This document shows positions 35,727 through 40,000 of a stretch of 40,000 nt of DNA, piece after piece. Below the pieces are notes generated by a model. That model was given only the letters and a program-made list of their open reading frames with translations. It did no database searches and was not told the DNA's origin. A program made the position numbers and the translations under genes. Location: positions 80,996-120,995 of the forward strand of contig DADT01000031.1 in the NCBI GenBank assembly GCA_002495065.1, given 5' to 3'. The stretch comes from Methanoregula sp. UBA471 (GTDB taxonomy: Archaea > Halobacteriota > Methanomicrobia > Methanomicrobiales > Methanospirillaceae). Numbering within the stretch: the stretch's first letter is position 1; every line of letters begins with the position of its first letter.

Positions 35727-38138
35727 GTGCGAGAAATGATTCAATTTGATCAATTTAATGCACTAGTTCTTCAGGTTTTAGGAAAAAATATAACGCCTAC
35801 CGAGGATGAAGAACACCCTGGACAATATGAAGCCGTTAGCTCACCAATTAATCATTCATTATTCATTGTTGCTGGACCAGGAAGTGGAAAAACAACAGTT
35901 CTTACTTTAAAAGTTTTAAAACTAATTTTCCTTGATCGAATAGACCCATCAACGATATTAGTAACAACATTTACAAAAAAGGCTGCAGCGGAGTTGAGAT
36001 CAAATATTCTTCGCTGGGGGATTCGTTTAAAAAATGCATTTCTTGATTCCCCTCTAGACAATGACGATAAGAATTGGATATCATCATTAGATTTTAATTT
36101 AATCATTACAGGAACCTTGGATAGTATATCTGAATTGATGTTACGAGAATATCGTGATCCTGCAAATCCATCTCCAACGGTAATTGAAAATTTTATTGCC
36201 AGTTCAATTATGCTCAAGACCGGTCTATTTGAACAGGGTCTAGTTAATAATGCAGATTTAAAAAATTACGTTCATTCATTGTCTGATAAACCTCAACGAC
36301 CTAATGCGGCAGAAATAACTAAAACACTACTTGAAATCAAAGATCGATTATATCATGATCGTGTTAGATTTGATGATTATTGTCATGATCCTTCTCATCC
36401 AGGTATTGAACCTACATGTAGAGCTATTCGAGCTTATTGTCAAGAATTAGATCGTTTAGAACTCTATGACTATTCAAAAATTGAAAACCAATTTTATGAA
36501 CATTTGTGCGAAGAAAGATTTGATGATTTACAAGAAAAATTACGTTTTGTTTTAGTCGATGAATATCAAGATACCAATTTATTGCAAGAAAAAATTTACT
36601 TCAAACTTGCAGAAATTGCAATATCCAATGATGGAAGTATTACAGTTGTTGGTGATGATGACCAATCTATTTACCATTTTAGAGGCGCCACGGTTGATTT
36701 ATTTACCAACTTTCCAGCAAGAATAGAAGAGCGCCTATCTATTACTCCAGAGACAATATATCTTTCAAAAAATTATCGTTCTACCTCATCAATTGTAAAC
36801 TACATCCGAGATTTTGTCACAATTGATCCCGATTATCAAGATATGCGGGTTGAAGAAAAACCTGAAATTGAATATGCAAGAACAAGTCCTCACATTGATT
36901 TTCCAATTTTAGGTTTTTTTAGAGATGATCTTCAAACCCTTGCAAGAGATCTTGCATTATTTATCGATGATGTCACACACGATAATGGATTTAATTTCAC
37001 AATTAATGGGATACAATATCGGATCGCTTTGAATGCAAATCACGGATCACGTAACGATATTTGTTTTCTCTGTCATTCGCCACAAGAACGAAATTCCGCT
37101 AATACTGAGAACCGGTTACCTGGAGAGATTAGAAACCAATTGCTAGGACTTGAAAACCCTATTCATGTCTTCAACCCAAGAGGTCAGCCCCTTGAAAATA
37201 TCCCCGTCGTTCAACAACTTTGTGGCTTGATAATGCTATGTATAGATCCGACGAATCTTGCCAATTCACGCGGCGTATTTCCACGTCTTCCTCAATATGT
37301 AAGAACAATGATTCAAACATGGATACAGGAAGCCCAATTGCTTATTGCGGCAAATACTACGAGAGTCGGAGGAATTACCTTAGAAGACTATGTCCATGCA
37401 TGGCAAACAAAAATTCCAATTGGTGAATCTGGGAGTACATGGCGAAGAGATTCATCAATATTAGAATTGACGTATCATCTTGTTGCTTGGATACCAGAGA
37501 TGCAAGATGATGTGGAAGGTTTAGTATACCTTGAAGTAATTTTAAGAACAATAAGTCAATCTTCTGTTTTCTCTAGATATAAAAGCAGAATAATTTATGA
37601 TCCAACTCGACCGACAACGGAAACTGCGTCCATAAAAGATGCTGTTTGGTCAATTTTCGTTCCTATTGCCTCGGGTGTAATTGAAATAAATGAGGATCTT
37701 CTTGAAACTATTCCTAACAATAGAATACCAATAATGTCTATCCATCAAGCAAAAGGACTTCAGTTTCCATTAGTAATAGTTGATGTTGGAGCGGATTTTA
37801 AAATAGACCACCATTCTCAGAGATTTAGGAGATACCCTCAATCCGAAGATAAAACTTGCAGAATTGAAGATTCTTTAAGAGCTCACAGTGAATTAGACAT
37901 TCCCTCAAGAATCGGAGAAGACCGCTGTTTTGATGATTTATTTAGACTATATTTTGTTGCATACAGTAGACCACAAGACATTCTAATACTCACTGGACTT
38001 AATAGCGTCCGAAATGGTTATTTAAGAATAAGTAATCGACAGAATCCTATCGGAGAAATCCCCCATATTGCAACTGGTTGGACCCGTGATGGACAATGGA
38101 TTTGGGCTAGGGGTCTCAATAATTTATATCATATTTAG
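35727..38138 (+). CDS. UvrD/Rep/PcrA-type SF1 helicase
   Basis: Motif I AGPGSGKTTVL, motif II VLVDEYQDTN, motif III VVGDDDQSIYHFRGA, motif IV LSKNYRS, and the late motif IHQAKGLQFPLVIV. The start is GTG 35727 or ATG 35736. Confidence 0.85.
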   Translation: MREMIQFDQFNALVLQVLGKNITPTEDEEHPGQYEAVSSPINHSLFIVAGPGSGKTTVLTLKVLKLIFLDRIDPSTILVTTFTKKAAAELRSNILRWGIRLKNAFLDSPLDNDDKNWISSLDFNLIITGTLDSISELMLREYRDPANPSPTVIENFIASSIMLKTGLFEQGLVNNADLKNYVHSLSDKPQRPNAAEITKTLLEIKDRLYHDRVRFDDYCHDPSHPGIEPTCRAIRAYCQELDRLELYDYSKIENQFYEHLCEERFDDLQEKLRFVLVDEYQDTNLLQEKIYFKLAEIAISNDGSITVVGDDDQSIYHFRGATVDLFTNFPARIEERLSITPETIYLSKNYRSTSSIVNYIRDFVTIDPDYQDMRVEEKPEIEYARTSPHIDFPILGFFRDDLQTLARDLALFIDDVTHDNGFNFTINGIQYRIALNANHGSRNDICFLCHSPQERNSANTENRLPGEIRNQLLGLENPIHVFNPRGQPLENIPVVQQLCGLIMLCIDPTNLANSRGVFPRLPQYVRTMIQTWIQEAQLLIAANTTRVGGITLEDYVHAWQTKIPIGESGSTWRRDSSILELTYHLVAWIPEMQDDVEGLVYLEVILRTISQSSVFSRYKSRIIYDPTRPTTETASIKDAVWSIFVPIASGVIEINEDLLETIPNNRIPIMSIHQAKGLQFPLVIVDVGADFKIDHHSQRFRRYPQSEDKTCRIEDSLRAHSELDIPSRIGEDRCFDDLFRLYFVAYSRPQDILILTGLNSVRNGYLRISNRQNPIGEIPHIATGWTRDGQWIWARGLNNLYHI

Positions 38139-38153
38139 CCGGAGAGATTGATT

Positions 38154-39365
38154 ATGACGTTAACAAATCGAGAAACACCATATATCATTCCTGAATACAG
38201 CCTAACTGGGGATTTATTGAGTTATCAAGTCTGTCCTCTTCAGTATAGATATAATAATCGTGGGGCTCTTCCACCTTCGAAACCAGTTCAACTTTGGTTT
38301 GGAGAGTTTATTCATGGGATAATGGAAGAGTCATACAATCAATGGCGGGAAAATACCAATTTTCATGATTTTCCATGGGACTGGCTAATGGATATTCGAC
38401 CTTTAGAACTCACAATTAATCGCAGATTAAATGCCCGTGGCCTTAGTACACCTCGAAACCTATTGTGTCCTTATAATGACCAAGAGAATAGAGTAATGGG
38501 TTGTAGAGATAATCATCATCCCCATAAATTAATCGGAAGTCAGCGAGCGGATGTTGCGATAAATATGTGGGGAAAACACCTATTTCCGCTAGTTGATACA
38601 GCTGAAGTTAAGCTAAAAGGTTGTAGGGAGTTACATAGTCCTGAAACTGAACGCCGCTCTGATTATTATGGTATCACGGGTATTGCGGATGTAATAAGTT
38701 CAATTTCATTACGAGAAGCAGATGCCGATAATAAAATAATGCAATATTTGTCATCTGATCCAACGGTCAGAAATATGATGAGTGTGTATGAAGATGACGA
38801 ATTTGAAATAATTATTGATTATAAGGGGATGAGACGACCTTCAATTTTTGATAGCCCTAACCACCCAAATCAAACTTGGATTTCCCATGAATGGCAAATT
38901 CTCACATATGCTTGGCTTCGATCACATCAACCAGAATCAAAAAAACCAATCGCTGGGATTCTTTTTTATTTCGATGAATTAGTTCCAGCTTTAAAAGAGA
39001 TTCAATTTTTAAAGAAGGAGATTAGGGAAACCCGGACCGATATTATCCCATCAGATCCGAGTGATATTGATCTTTTAGGACGAACGAATCCACGATATAT
39101 CCGTGAACATTTAAGCAATGATTTAAGAGAGAGAAGATCTATCCGTGTTATCCCCATAACTGATGAGAGGATTGAAACGGCCCTTATGGAATTTGATACT
39201 ATTGTCGCAGAAATTGAGAAATCTGTTGTCAATGAGATACATACCGGACAAATTAAACAATGTTGGACCGCAAATGATTCTAATCCAGAAAATACTTGCA
39301 CTGTGTGTGATTCACGATATTTTTGCCCAAGGCAAAACAATCATTTTAGGATGACCGTTCCCTGA
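38154..39365 (+). CDS. Cas4/RecB-like PD-(D/E)XK nuclease with 4-Cys (Fe-S type) cluster
   Basis: N-terminal Cys in YQVCPLQYRY, GIADVIS, IIIDYKG (D-x-K), QILTYAW (QxxxY), and C-terminal C-x2-C-x5-C (CTVCDSRYFC). ATG 38154 has GGAGAG 8 nt upstream; the track start is TTG 38148. Confidence 0.7.
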   Translation: MTLTNRETPYIIPEYSLTGDLLSYQVCPLQYRYNNRGALPPSKPVQLWFGEFIHGIMEESYNQWRENTNFHDFPWDWLMDIRPLELTINRRLNARGLSTPRNLLCPYNDQENRVMGCRDNHHPHKLIGSQRADVAINMWGKHLFPLVDTAEVKLKGCRELHSPETERRSDYYGITGIADVISSISLREADADNKIMQYLSSDPTVRNMMSVYEDDEFEIIIDYKGMRRPSIFDSPNHPNQTWISHEWQILTYAWLRSHQPESKKPIAGILFYFDELVPALKEIQFLKKEIRETRTDIIPSDPSDIDLLGRTNPRYIREHLSNDLRERRSIRVIPITDERIETALMEFDTIVAEIEKSVVNEIHTGQIKQCWTANDSNPENTCTVCDSRYFCPRQNNHFRMTVP

Positions 39366-39433
39366 ACTATTAATTATTATTAACATTGTAACACAACCTT
39401 CTTTTGATTTAGTAGAGAATAATTCAATGAATC

Positions 39434-40000
39434 ATGCGCTTCTTTATTCCCGAATGGGACGACCGGGTCGACCCCGGTTATGATTTTCTTACCGATACTC
39501 ATTCGGCGTCACACCAAGCCAATCCTCTGAAAAATGATCACTATATGTGGGATATTTTTGGAATCGATAAAGTTCCCTTCGACGGCGTTCTTGTATCAAT
39601 TGCAACAATTCAACAGAATAGTAAAAAATATCATGCGATTTTAGACAATGGAATTCACCAATTCCTTCGCTTACCGCAAGATTTTGAGATTATTGCAGAC
39701 TGCGGCGCTTTTTCATATATTAAAGAAAAAATTCCCCCATATAAGACAAAGGATGTATTGAAACTCTACGGAGATTTGGGATTTAATTACGGAGTTAGTG
39801 TCGATCACCTCACAGTTCCGATGTTCAAAGAGCAGAATCAAGCAAGGATAAGAATCACGTACGAAAATGGAGTTGAGGCCTTCAATGAATGGAAATTGCA
39901 TTATAAAGAAAATTTTCAATTAATCGTTGCAGTACAGGGAGCAGAAATCTCTGACTATATGACAATGTTCAACAATTATTATCGGAGAGGTATCCGTCAT
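39434..40000 (+). CDS. second TGT-superfamily / DpdA-like transglycosylase, 3'-truncated by the window end
   Basis: Hand translation from ATG 39434 gives 189 codons with no stop through base 40000: MRFFIPEWDDRVDPGYDFLTD...IIADCGAFSYIKEK...VSVDHL. The ADCGAF block corresponds to the TGT catalytic DSGGFQ block. It is absent from the ORF track because it has no stop inside the window. Confidence 0.5.
   Translation, partial: MRFFIPEWDDRVDPGYDFLTDTHSASHQANPLKNDHYMWDIFGIDKVPFDGVLVSIATIQQNSKKYHAILDNGIHQFLRLPQDFEIIADCGAFSYIKEKIPPYKTKDVLKLYGDLGFNYGVSVDHLTVPMFKEQNQARIRITYENGVEAFNEWKLHYKENFQLIVAVQGAEISDYMTMFNNYYRRGIRH

Larger units (their letters stand above)
21040..40000. other. AT-rich, probably horizontally acquired defence / DNA-modification island (left boundary seen, right boundary beyond the window)
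   Basis: Base composition switches abruptly right after repeat copy D. Genes are densely packed and translationally coupled, encoding nucleases, ATPases, helicases and deazaguanine genes. No integrase was seen. Confidence 0.6.

Noticed and set aside
1-40000. Search by eye for CRISPR arrays, rRNA genes, integrases, transposases and inverted-repeat-bounded IS elements.
   Set aside because: No regularly spaced short direct repeats were seen, no rRNA-like conserved blocks, and no ORF with tyrosine or serine recombinase or DDE motifs. Island mobility therefore remains unsupported by a recombinase within this window.

Overview
This is a mosaic segment that looks archaeal and methanogen-like. That inference rests on gene content only: UPF0058, DUF4013, DUF2283, a COG1373/DUF4143 ATPase and NurA/HerA. 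From 1 to ~17.1 kb there is a visibly G+C-rich backbone carrying ordinary and accessory genes. These are an AroK-type shikimate kinase, two flavodoxin paralogs with an MDR oxidoreductase, TspO, a lipoprotein with a YhfC-like membrane protein, a HepT/MntA toxin-antitoxin pair, an SRPBCC protein, a DASS/SLC13 transporter, an MJ0936-type phosphodiesterase, a NYN-LOTUS protein, a tandem GIY-YIG protein and a DUF4013 membrane protein. From 17.1 to 21.0 kb an AT-rich bacterial-type RNase III gene is followed by a G+C-rich PLD-nuclease/SF2-helicase/DUF3427 fusion gene. From ~21.04 kb to the window end the DNA is visibly AT-rich and tightly packed, with many 0-10 nt junctions or ATGA overlaps. I read this as a horizontally acquired defence island. 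It holds a 7-deazaguanine module: queC, queD, a PUA-less TGT-family transglycosylase, and a second DpdA-like TGT gene that runs off the window end and is missing from the ORF track. It also holds a nitrilase-superfamily-like gene, two ORC/BrxC-style P-loop ATPases (409 aa and 983 aa), several candidate PD-(D/E)XK nucleases, and a coupled four-gene operon of NurA-like nuclease, HerA-like ATPase, UvrD-like helicase and Cas4/RecB-like Fe-S nuclease. My main candidate for an undescribed system is this NurA-HerA-UvrD-nuclease operon, either alone or as the restriction arm of an archaeal Dpd-like deazaguanine modification system. Two repeat families mark the mosaic junctions: a 438-bp direct repeat that duplicates the 3' end of the SRPBCC gene, and four same-orientation copies of a ~55-bp GC-rich repeat. 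I saw no rRNA, convincing tRNA, CRISPR array, integrase or transposase. All functional calls come from motif recognition by eye, and no searches were run.
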